From Candidatus Omnitrophota bacterium (GTDB lineage: Bacteria > Omnitrophota > Gorgyraeia > Gygaellales > Profunditerraquicolaceae), in the NCBI GenBank assembly GCA_003598135.1, contig QZKA01000027.1, positions 84,788 to 148,787 of the forward strand: 64,000 bases of DNA, given 5' to 3'. A model generated the notes under the pieces. The model was not told where the DNA came from and searched no databases. It saw only the letters and a program-made list of their open reading frames with translations. This document shows positions 21,144-29,199 of the stretch, in pieces. The translations under genes and the position numbers were made by a program. Each line of letters starts with the position of its first letter. Position 1 is the first letter of the stretch.

Positions 21144-22125
21144 GCAGGTAAAAAACATTCTGGTAGTGCGCAATGACCGGTTCGGAGAATTCCTTTTGAA
21201 TATTCCGGCGTTGCGCGCACTCAAAGAAACCTTCCCCAGGGCGGCTATTACTGTCGTAATAGACCCGTATGTAAAAGAACTGGCAAGAGGGATAGAATAT
21301 ATTGATGCGGTTATAGAATGGAAAAAACAGAAGCATGCGTTTATGCATAAATTAAAACTCATCAGGCTCTTGCGTAAGAAAAAAATCGAGATAGCGGTAA
21401 TTCTTAATCCTTCCAAGGAATTTAATCTAATTGCCTTCCTTGCCGGCATACGCATCAGGATAGGCTACGACCGAAAGTGGGCTTTTCTGCTTACACACAA
21501 AATGAAAGATGAAAAGTATTTGGGGCAGAAGCACGAAGTCGAATATAATTTGGACTTGGTAAAGCCAATCGGCGCAGAGACCAGAGACAGGTCCCTTAGC
21601 CTTATGACAAACGAAGATCTGGCGTGCAAGCTTTTTAAGGGAAGCGATTTAAGCGATAAAGAAATGCTTGTCGCGTTGCATCCCTTTACCAGTGACCCTT
21701 TTAAGCAGTGGCCCTATGAACGCTTTAGGGCTTTGGCCGTGCGTATTGCCCAGCAATGCAAGGTGAAGGTCGTCGTCGTAGGAGGAATTGAACACTTCCA
21801 ATACAGTCTTGAGTTATTCAGGGATGTTCCAGAAGGAATTATTAATTTGACGGGTAGGACAACACTTGAGCAGCTTTCGGTCTTGCTGACAAAATGCCTG
21901 GTGCTGATTACCGGCGACAGCGGGCCAATGCACCTTGCCTGCGCGGTCAATGCACCGGTCATAGCGATCTTTCGAAACGATGTCGTTGCCAAGTCCCCAA
22001 TACGCTGGGGTCCTTGGGGCGAAGGCAATACGGTCATACAAAAAAGCCTACTTGCTGATATTAGCGTAGAAGAGGTTTTTGCGGCTGCAGAGGCACTGAT
22101 AAATGAAAAACGTCCTCTTCATTAA
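21127..22125 (+). CDS. Glycosyltransferase family 9 (LPS heptosyltransferase family)
   Basis: KNILVVRNDRFGEFLLNIPALRALKE N-terminus and GDSGPMHLA C-terminal motif of GT9. The ATG at 21127 is preferred over the TTG at 21085. Confidence 0.75.
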   Translation: MRFDPKQVKNILVVRNDRFGEFLLNIPALRALKETFPRAAITVVIDPYVKELARGIEYIDAVIEWKKQKHAFMHKLKLIRLLRKKKIEIAVILNPSKEFNLIAFLAGIRIRIGYDRKWAFLLTHKMKDEKYLGQKHEVEYNLDLVKPIGAETRDRSLSLMTNEDLACKLFKGSDLSDKEMLVALHPFTSDPFKQWPYERFRALAVRIAQQCKVKVVVVGGIEHFQYSLELFRDVPEGIINLTGRTTLEQLSVLLTKCLVLITGDSGPMHLACAVNAPVIAIFRNDVVAKSPIRWGPWGEGNTVIQKSLLADISVEEVFAAAEALINEKRPLH

Positions 22126-23173
22126 CCCTTTCGGTATAGGAGATGTGCTTTTTACTACTCCGCTCGTACATACCTTGAAGGAGAGTTTTCCGGAAAACAG
22201 GGTTGGGTATCTTGTTAATAAGCGTAGTGCTTCTGTGTTACGGGATAATCCTTACGTCGATTCAGTATTTATTTATGACAGGGATGAGTTTGAAAAGTTG
22301 CGCAGATCCTCGACTCTGGAATGGGCCAAGAAGGCATTTTTGTTGCTGCGCGCAATACAGAAAGAACACTATAACCTTGCGCTTGATTTCTCGCTAAATA
22401 CGCAATACGGTTTTTTATCCTGGCTTGCAGGGATAAAGGAAAGGGCCGGTTTCGATTATAAAAAAAGGGGAATGTTCTTAACGCGCAAGATTAGCCTGGA
22501 TGGCTTTGTTAATGCGCATATGGTGGAACAGTATGCCTCCCTTTTGCGTATGGTTGGAATAGAGCCCAGCTACAGAAAGCCTGAAGTATATTTGAACAGG
22601 CTTGCTCAAAATAAGGCCGATGCGTTGCTTAGCGGTTCAGGCATAAAAGAAGGCGATATTTTGGTAGGTTTATTACCTGGAGGTGGGCGGAGCTGGGGGA
22701 AAGATGCGCGTGTAAAGCAATGGCCTCCTGAGCGGTTTGGCCAGTTAGCAGATAAAATTATTGAAAATTATCACGCAAAGATTATAATAATGGGCGACTC
22801 TGAAGAAGAAATGCTCGCTAAGAAAGTTAAAGAGAATATACGTTATGGCGCTCTCGACTGCACAGGCAAAACGTCCGTCGTAGAATTAGCTGCCCTGATA
22901 AAGAGGACGTGTCTTCTGGTATGCAATGACGGAGGGCCTTTGCATATTGCGGTCGGGCTTGGGGTAAAAACGGTTTCTCTTTTTGGGCCGGTTGATGATG
23001 CGGTGTACGGGCCGTATCCTCCCTCAGGCATGCATATCGTAATGAAAAGCCAGATGCCCTGTCGCCCCTGTTACCGCAATTTCAGGCTTTCCCGGATATG
23101 TACGCAAGGCAGTGATTGTCTACAGGAGATAGGTGTTGAGGATGTGTTTGAGAATGTAAAGAAACTTCTATGA
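22103..23173 (+). CDS. Glycosyltransferase family 9 (LPS heptosyltransferase family, RfaF/RfaC-like)
   Basis: MKNVLFINPFGIGDVLFTTPL..., NDGGPLHIA motif. Confidence 0.8.
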   Translation: MKNVLFINPFGIGDVLFTTPLVHTLKESFPENRVGYLVNKRSASVLRDNPYVDSVFIYDRDEFEKLRRSSTLEWAKKAFLLLRAIQKEHYNLALDFSLNTQYGFLSWLAGIKERAGFDYKKRGMFLTRKISLDGFVNAHMVEQYASLLRMVGIEPSYRKPEVYLNRLAQNKADALLSGSGIKEGDILVGLLPGGGRSWGKDARVKQWPPERFGQLADKIIENYHAKIIIMGDSEEEMLAKKVKENIRYGALDCTGKTSVVELAALIKRTCLLVCNDGGPLHIAVGLGVKTVSLFGPVDDAVYGPYPPSGMHIVMKSQMPCRPCYRNFRLSRICTQGSDCLQEIGVEDVFENVKKLL

Positions 23174-23182
23174 GGAGGCGAA

Positions 23183-24298
23183 ATGAAGATTCAGTTTTCC
23201 AACTTGCACGTGCAGCATGCACAGATACGTAAAGAAATAAACCGCGCAATAAAGACCGTTATCGGTAAAAGCAACTTTATATTAGGCGAAGAGGTCAGGT
23301 TGTTTGAGGGGGAATTTGCCCGTTTTTGCGGGACAAAATATGCGGTGGGGGTCAGTTCTGGGACCTCGGCGCTCTTTTTGGCCCTGAAGAGCCTAGGGAT
23401 AGGGCAGGGGGATGAGGTAATTGTGCCTGCATTTACCTATATTGCCACTGCCTTTGCAGTTTCACACACAAACGCACAACCCGTATTTGTTGACGTTGAT
23501 GAGCGTACGTACAATATCGATATCGATAAACTTAAAAAAGCAATTACCAATAAGACGAAGGTCATTATACCAGTGCATCTTTACGGACAGCCGGCGCAAA
23601 TGGGCGAGATTATGAAAATTGCCAAAGCGCATAACGTAAGAGTCATTGAAGACGCAGCGCAGGCTCACGGTGCGGAAATCGAAATACCTCAAGGGGCAGG
23701 CTGGGTAAAGACCGGCAGCATCGGGGATGTCGGTTGTTTCAGTTTTTATCCTTCAAAGAATCTAGGGGCCATGGGCGACGGAGGCATGGTGGTAACTAAC
23801 GATAAAGAGATTTATCAGAAAATTGCCATGCTCAGAGACTGCGGCAGGCGCTCAAAGTATGAACACCTGGTGCTTGGCTATAATTCGCGTTTGGATACCT
23901 TACAGGCAGCTGTTTTACGCGCCAAATTAAAGAGGCTTGACGCCTGGAATAAGATGCGCCAGAAAGCAGCTGTGGTTTACAATTCGCTTTTAAAAGACTG
24001 CGATGTGATAGTGCCTCATGTCGGGCCTTCAGTAACGCATGTATATCATGTCTACGCCATAAGGACGAAAAAGCGCGACATGCTTTTTCAGGAATTCGCA
24101 AAAAAGGGAATCGGCGTGGTAATACATTACCCTGTGCCGCTCCACCTGCAGAAAGCGTATGCGCAGCTGGGGCATAGAATAGGCGACCTGCCGGTTTCGG
24201 AGAGAGTCTCGCAAGAGATCATTTCTCTACCGATGTACCCCCATCTTAAAGAAGCAGATATCAAAAAAGTCGTCAAGGTTATTAAATCTGTCCTTTAA
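23183..24298 (+). CDS. DegT/DnrJ/EryC1/StrS-family PLP-dependent sugar aminotransferase
   Basis: GGAGG Shine-Dalgarno. GVSSGTSAL, active-site FSFYPSKNLGAMGDGG and the Lys region typical of nucleotide-sugar aminotransferases. Confidence 0.85.
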   Translation: MKIQFSNLHVQHAQIRKEINRAIKTVIGKSNFILGEEVRLFEGEFARFCGTKYAVGVSSGTSALFLALKSLGIGQGDEVIVPAFTYIATAFAVSHTNAQPVFVDVDERTYNIDIDKLKKAITNKTKVIIPVHLYGQPAQMGEIMKIAKAHNVRVIEDAAQAHGAEIEIPQGAGWVKTGSIGDVGCFSFYPSKNLGAMGDGGMVVTNDKEIYQKIAMLRDCGRRSKYEHLVLGYNSRLDTLQAAVLRAKLKRLDAWNKMRQKAAVVYNSLLKDCDVIVPHVGPSVTHVYHVYAIRTKKRDMLFQEFAKKGIGVVIHYPVPLHLQKAYAQLGHRIGDLPVSERVSQEIISLPMYPHLKEADIKKVVKVIKSVL

Positions 24299-24359
24299 AA
24301 AAATTAAATTTGAGGGGTTTGAGCCGGGTATAATCCATAAAAGAAGGAGAAGTGCAAAA

Positions 24360-25403
24360 ATGAAAATACTGGTTACCGGAGGAGCTGGTTTGGTGGGAAG
24401 TCATTGTGCCGAATTTTTTGCGGCATCAAACCCCAAGAACAAAGTAGTGGTTTTGGATAACTTGATGCGTTCGAAGATTTTCGGCTACGATAAAGCTTCT
24501 GTTGAGTTCAACTGGAATTATCTGAAAAAATTCAATAATATAGAACGCATCAAAGGCGATGTGCGCGATGACCGGGACGTTGCCCGGGCAATAGGAAAGG
24601 GAGTGGATGTAGTGATACACACCGCCGGCCAGCCAGGGGTCCCTTCGAGCGTGCGTATGCCAAAGGAAGATTTTAGCATCAATGCCTTCGGTACCTTAAA
24701 CGTCCTGGAAGCTGCGCGCAAGAAATCAAAGGATACCGTTGTTTTATATTGTTCGACGAATAAAGTGTATGGAGAGAATGTAGATAAAATCGCACTCGTA
24801 GAGCGCGAAAAAAGGTTTACCTTTAAGGATATACCCGGCGTAAACGAAGAGATGTGTACTGACCTGACCGGCCATACCCCATACGGCGTTTCAAAGCTTG
24901 TCGGTGACCTATATATCCAGGAATACAGCTACATTTATAAAATGAGGACGGCGGCCTTTCGCATGTCCTGTACATACGGTACGCGCCAGTTCGGCTTTGA
25001 GGACCAGGGCTGGGTAGCCTGGTTTATTATTGCTACGCTTTTTAATAAGCCGATTACGATTTACGGAAACGGCAAGCAGGTGCGCGACATGCTTTATGTT
25101 GACGATCTTGTGGATGCTTTCAACCGTTTTATCCAAAGCGATTTGAAGCACGGGCTTTTTAATATCGGAGGGGGTCCAGAGAATACCATTTCCCTGTTGG
25201 AATTCCTTGATGAGCTGGAGAGGCTGACCGGTAAGAGGCCAAAAGTCAACTTTTCAGACTGGCGGCCTTCAGACCAGAAGGTATACATTACGGATACCTC
25301 AAAATTACAAAAAGCCCTTGGTTGGAAGATAAAGACGCAAGTCAAAGATGGCATCAGGAACCTTAAGGAGTGGGTAGCTGCGAACGCAAAGTATTTTGCC
25401 TGA
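24360..25403 (+). CDS. rfbE: CDP-paratose 2-epimerase-like (CDP-tyvelose epimerase, RfbE family) NAD-dependent epimerase
   Basis: Close match to remembered Salmonella RfbE: STNKVYG, YG(V/C)SK, YDQGWV(A/G)WF, (IY/IS)GNGKQVRD, FNIGG, SLLE(F/L). AAGGAG Shine-Dalgarno. Confidence 0.75.
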   Translation: MKILVTGGAGLVGSHCAEFFAASNPKNKVVVLDNLMRSKIFGYDKASVEFNWNYLKKFNNIERIKGDVRDDRDVARAIGKGVDVVIHTAGQPGVPSSVRMPKEDFSINAFGTLNVLEAARKKSKDTVVLYCSTNKVYGENVDKIALVEREKRFTFKDIPGVNEEMCTDLTGHTPYGVSKLVGDLYIQEYSYIYKMRTAAFRMSCTYGTRQFGFEDQGWVAWFIIATLFNKPITIYGNGKQVRDMLYVDDLVDAFNRFIQSDLKHGLFNIGGGPENTISLLEFLDELERLTGKRPKVNFSDWRPSDQKVYITDTSKLQKALGWKIKTQVKDGIRNLKEWVAANAKYFA

Positions 25404-25425
25404 TTAAAACGTAAGGAATTACAAG

Positions 25426-26007
25426 ATGCCGGCTGCGAAAGAAAAAACAATACGAGCGGTTTTTCTGGACCGCGATGGAGTAATAAATGAATACCCCGGC
25501 GATTACGACTATGTGAAATCGCGGCAGGAATTCCGTTTCCTTCCAGGGGTTTTTGACGCGTTAGGGCTTTTCTGTGCAAACGGATTTAAAATTTTTATTA
25601 TTTCCAACCAGGCTGGCGTTTCAAAAGGCCTCTATTCACAGGAAGATCTTGATCTGATAACTAGAAATATGCTGGATGCACTTTCAAACCGGGGTATTGT
25701 AATTGCAGGCGTGTATTACTGCACACATAGTCCTGAGGAAAATTGTGGCTGCCGAAAGCCCAAGGCCGGTATGATAGATGCGGCGCTCGAAGATTTAAGG
25801 AGGCAGGGGCTTGCTGTTGATATGAAGGCAAGCTATTGTATAGGCGATTCCCTGCGCGATATCGAATTGGGCAAGAATAAAGGCCTGCGTACCATTCTCC
25901 TTTTTTCGGGCAAGGAAAAGCCGGAGAATATGGCACAATGGGGTAGCGCTCCAGATTGTACTTTCCCCGACCTGCTCAAAGCCGCACGTTCTATAACAGA
26001 AAAATAA
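25426..26007 (+). CDS. gmhB: D-glycero-D-manno-heptose 1,7-bisphosphate phosphatase (HAD-IIIA)
   Basis: DRDGVIN motif I, ISNQ motif, and the GmhB zinc motif CTHSPEENCGCRKP. Confidence 0.8.
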   Translation: MPAAKEKTIRAVFLDRDGVINEYPGDYDYVKSRQEFRFLPGVFDALGLFCANGFKIFIISNQAGVSKGLYSQEDLDLITRNMLDALSNRGIVIAGVYYCTHSPEENCGCRKPKAGMIDAALEDLRRQGLAVDMKASYCIGDSLRDIELGKNKGLRTILLFSGKEKPENMAQWGSAPDCTFPDLLKAARSITEK

Positions 26008-26008
26008 T

Positions 26009-27127
26009 ATGGTAAAGATTATATTCGCGCATGCCTCAGCCGGGGCAGGGCACCAGAAGGCAGCAGAGGCCCTCTATAACTACTTTGTCGGGCATCCTTG
26101 CGGTTGCCAACTGCAGCTAATAGATATACTTAACGGAGTTGACCCCTTTTATCGTTTTAGCTATTCCCGCGGTTACCCGTTCTTAATCAATCATGCGATT
26201 TTTCTCTGGCGGTTCGGATTCTGGCTTACTTCTCAGAAACGTTTTGAAGGAGCTGTACAGAACTTTACCCTACTTACTAACCGTTTCAATACTTCAAAAT
26301 TTGCCGATTTATTAATACGCCAGGACCCGGAGTATGTAGTGTCTACTCATTTCTTAACCTCTCAGGTATGCGCGGATCTTAAAAAACATAACCGTATTCA
26401 TTCAAAACTGATCACTGTGGTTACCGATTTTGACGTGCATCCTTTTTGGGTAAATGATGATACACATCGCTATGTCGTTGCTTCTGAATATACAAAGGAA
26501 CGCTTGAAAGCTCAAGGAATTGATGACGCGCAAATTTTAGTCTATGGCATACCGGTTGATCCAAAATTTCTATTAGAACACGATAAGGATGCGTTGCGTG
26601 AGAAATTCAATCTAAAAAAAGACAAGAATACCGTACTTGTGATTACCGGGTCTTTCGGGCTTGGCCCTTTGGAGGAAATTGCCGACCTTTTGTGCGAGGA
26701 AACCCAGGTGCTGGTTGTCTGCGCAAGAAACAAAAAGTTATACGCCAGGCTTACTGCAAAGGGTTACGCATCGGTTAAGGTATTCGGGTTTATAAATAAC
26801 GTGGAAGAGCTTATGTCTGTTGCCGATATAATAGTTACCAAGCCAGGAGGCATGACTATTGCTGAGATCCTTACAATGGAGCTCGTTCCTATATTTATTT
26901 CTCCCATTCCCGGCCAAGAAACAGGAAATATAAGCGCAATGGCACATTACGGGATCGGATCTATTGCCGAGCGCACGCATGATGTCCTACAGATTATCAG
27001 GGAGTATAAAAATAAGCCTGATAAGTTGCGGTCCGCAAAGGAACGCATTCAGAAGATAAAAAAACCTTTCGCAGCGATGGAGTTGTATAATGAAATATGT
27101 AAAGGTTGTGGTAGGGCTTGCGGTTGA
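26009..27127 (+). CDS. GT28-like glycosyltransferase (MGDG synthase / UgtP / MurG-like N-terminal fold)
   Basis: N-terminus ...AHASAGAGHQKAAEAL is the hallmark of the MGDG synthase / diacylglycerol glycosyltransferase family, followed by a C-terminal GT-B nucleotide-sugar domain. Confidence 0.6.
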   Translation: MVKIIFAHASAGAGHQKAAEALYNYFVGHPCGCQLQLIDILNGVDPFYRFSYSRGYPFLINHAIFLWRFGFWLTSQKRFEGAVQNFTLLTNRFNTSKFADLLIRQDPEYVVSTHFLTSQVCADLKKHNRIHSKLITVVTDFDVHPFWVNDDTHRYVVASEYTKERLKAQGIDDAQILVYGIPVDPKFLLEHDKDALREKFNLKKDKNTVLVITGSFGLGPLEEIADLLCEETQVLVVCARNKKLYARLTAKGYASVKVFGFINNVEELMSVADIIVTKPGGMTIAEILTMELVPIFISPIPGQETGNISAMAHYGIGSIAERTHDVLQIIREYKNKPDKLRSAKERIQKIKKPFAAMELYNEICKGCGRACG

Positions 27128-28928
27128 AGGCCCTTTTGATTACCATCTCTGCGAAAAGCCTAATTTCCCTCTTAGGGCAGGAATAAGGCTTAAAGTACAC
27201 TTCCGGAATAAAGTAATGACCGCCTACGCGGTTGGCTTTTCGCAACATTCCGATATTCAGCAGACAAAACCCGTACTCAAGCTTATCGACCAACTTCCAG
27301 TGTTAGACAGCTCAATGCTGGCGTTGACGCAAGGCCTGGCGCGTTATTTTGCCTGCTCCCGGGGTGAAGCAATTGAAACGGCGCTGCCTGAGTCTTTAAG
27401 AAAAGGAAGGCCTGTGAATTTGCATACATGCGCCCAGGCATCAAGGCGCAGTTCTTCAAAAGTTACACTCGTGCATGCAGCTGAGCGAGAAGCCCGTTGG
27501 GAGGTATACCTTGCCGCTATCAAGGAAACTTTAACTGCTGGCCAATCGGTAATAGTGTTAGTGCCTGATGTGCAGGCTGCTATTGAGGCACAAAAACGCA
27601 TAGGGTCAGAACTTGCGCTTGAGCCAGTCATTGCATACCGCAAAGAGCCCCAAGAGTTCACGCAGTGGATAAAGATACACGAAGGAACAGTAAAGGTCGT
27701 GATAGGGGCGCGTTCGGTCATTTTTTCACCCGTGCCTGACCTTGGCCTGATCATTATTGACGAAGAACAGGATTCTGTCTATAAGCAAGAACAGGTTCCG
27801 CATTATCATGCGCGTGAAGTTGCGTGGATGCGTGCCAAGATTCAAAAGGCCGACCTTTTGATGGGAAGTGCTTCACCTTCGCTTGAAATGATGCATCTTA
27901 AAGATAAAAATGTGATTGCATATACCTATATTCCGCGCAAAGATGCCTACCCTCAGGTCAACGTAATAGATGCCAAGCATTTTGTAACCCACAGGAAAAA
28001 ATTCGGGTCGGTTATCTCAAAATATGTTGAGGAATCAATCGCAGAGGAGCTTGCTTCCGGCGGGAAAGTGCTTATTTTCCTGAACAGAAAAGGATACGCA
28101 ACTTTTGCCTATTGCCACAAATGCGCAACAGTGGCGAAATGCCCGAGGTGCAATATCAACCTGGCCTATTATTACAAGGATAACTCGCTTGTATGCAACT
28201 ATTGTAATTTTAAGTTAATGCCTGCGCCGAGGATTTGCCCTCATTGCAATGAAGGGTATATGCGGTATTCCGGGATGGGTACTGAGCGAATGGAAAGCGA
28301 ACTTTCCCGGCTTTTTCCCCAGGCCCGGATAAGACGGCTGGACGAAGAGGCCCAAGAGCGCGATGCGGATATCTATATCGCTACCCAGTCAGTAGTCAAA
28401 TACCGGGAATTGCGTTTTGACTTGGTGGTAGTTGCTGCTATTGATAATTCCCTGAACCGTTTTGATTTTCGCGCAAGCGAAAAGACATTCAGTCTTTTAA
28501 CCGGCCTGTCTTCCCTGGCAAAGAAAAGGATGCTGATTCTTACCCGCATGCCCCATCATTACTGTATCAGGTCATTGGCAGAAGGAAATCACGAACTATT
28601 TTATAAAGAGGAGTTGCGTTTCAGGAAACAGCTTGGTATGCCGCCTTTTAAGCATTTTGTAACGGCCAAATTGAGGGGAAGGGATGAGGTGAGGGTGCAG
28701 GAAGCAGCAGAGAGGCTTTTTGATGAGCTCAAAAAAAACACCCTTTCCAGAGTCGTAAAAGTACTTTCGGTATCTCCCTGTGAACGAAAAAAATTACGAG
28801 GGAATTTTTACTGGCAGGTGCTCTTAAGTTCCAAGCGCGTACCCGCGCTCGTCGAATTTTTGAAATCACGCTTAAAAAAAATGTCATTTTCAGGTATAAT
28901 TGTAACTGTTGATGTGGATCCATTGTAG
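27090..28928 (+). CDS. priA: Primosomal protein N' (PriA) with degenerate helicase motifs
   Basis: PriA N-terminal 3'-DNA-binding domain, the Cys-rich zinc-binding insertion (CHKCATVAKCPRCN...CNYCN...CPHCN) and C-terminal DVDP. Walker A is replaced by AAEREARWEVY and Walker B is DEEQD. Overlaps the upstream gene by 38 nt. Confidence 0.8.
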   Translation: MKYVKVVVGLAVEGPFDYHLCEKPNFPLRAGIRLKVHFRNKVMTAYAVGFSQHSDIQQTKPVLKLIDQLPVLDSSMLALTQGLARYFACSRGEAIETALPESLRKGRPVNLHTCAQASRRSSSKVTLVHAAEREARWEVYLAAIKETLTAGQSVIVLVPDVQAAIEAQKRIGSELALEPVIAYRKEPQEFTQWIKIHEGTVKVVIGARSVIFSPVPDLGLIIIDEEQDSVYKQEQVPHYHAREVAWMRAKIQKADLLMGSASPSLEMMHLKDKNVIAYTYIPRKDAYPQVNVIDAKHFVTHRKKFGSVISKYVEESIAEELASGGKVLIFLNRKGYATFAYCHKCATVAKCPRCNINLAYYYKDNSLVCNYCNFKLMPAPRICPHCNEGYMRYSGMGTERMESELSRLFPQARIRRLDEEAQERDADIYIATQSVVKYRELRFDLVVVAAIDNSLNRFDFRASEKTFSLLTGLSSLAKKRMLILTRMPHHYCIRSLAEGNHELFYKEELRFRKQLGMPPFKHFVTAKLRGRDEVRVQEAAERLFDELKKNTLSRVVKVLSVSPCERKKLRGNFYWQVLLSSKRVPALVEFLKSRLKKMSFSGIIVTVDVDPL

Positions 28929-28946
28929 TCTAAACATAAATATCAA

Positions 28947-29195
28947 ATGCACAAAATCCCTGCCTACCCTGCCTACCCTGACTGCCCTGACTGCCGTCAG
29001 GCAGGCGTCAGGCAGGCGTCAGGCAGGCAAATCACAAATAAGCACCAAATCCCAATGACCGAATCATCAAAACAGGCACGTTTTGGTTATTGGACCTTTG
29101 GGTATTTGAATTTATTTGGTATTCGGAATTTGTGATTTGGTATTTATTTGTCATTGGCGCTTTGGTATTTGTTATTGAATTATTGAACGAGGTTA
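28947..29195. repeat. Intergenic repeat element, copy 1: tgcacaaaatccctgcct head, (CCTGCCTAC)/(GTCAGGCAGGC) tandem and inverted short repeats, a CAAAT-box region, then phased ATTTGG boxes
   Basis: A core of about 170 nt at ~80-88% identity to 56981-57195. Internal tandem 9-11-mers and an inverted pair aaatcacaaat / atttgtgattt. Lies directly upstream of fmt. Confidence 0.7.
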
Positions 29196-29199
29196 TTAG

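Noticed and set aside
28960-29030. Short direct repeats (cctgcctac x2, cctgactgcc x2, gtcaggcaggc x3) that could be mistaken for a mini CRISPR array
   Set aside because: The units are 9-11 nt with no spacers and mutually complementary halves. That is a hairpin-forming tandem repeat, not a repeat-spacer architecture. No cas genes are present.
28947-29135. 62-aa + strand ORF (MHKIPAYPAYPDCPDCRQAGVRQASGRQ...) in the priA-fmt spacer
   Set aside because: It lies entirely within the tandem/inverted nucleotide repeat. Its peptide periodicity (PAYPAYPDCPDC, QAGVRQAGVRQAG) simply mirrors the DNA repeats. No RBS. Judged an artefact of the repeat.
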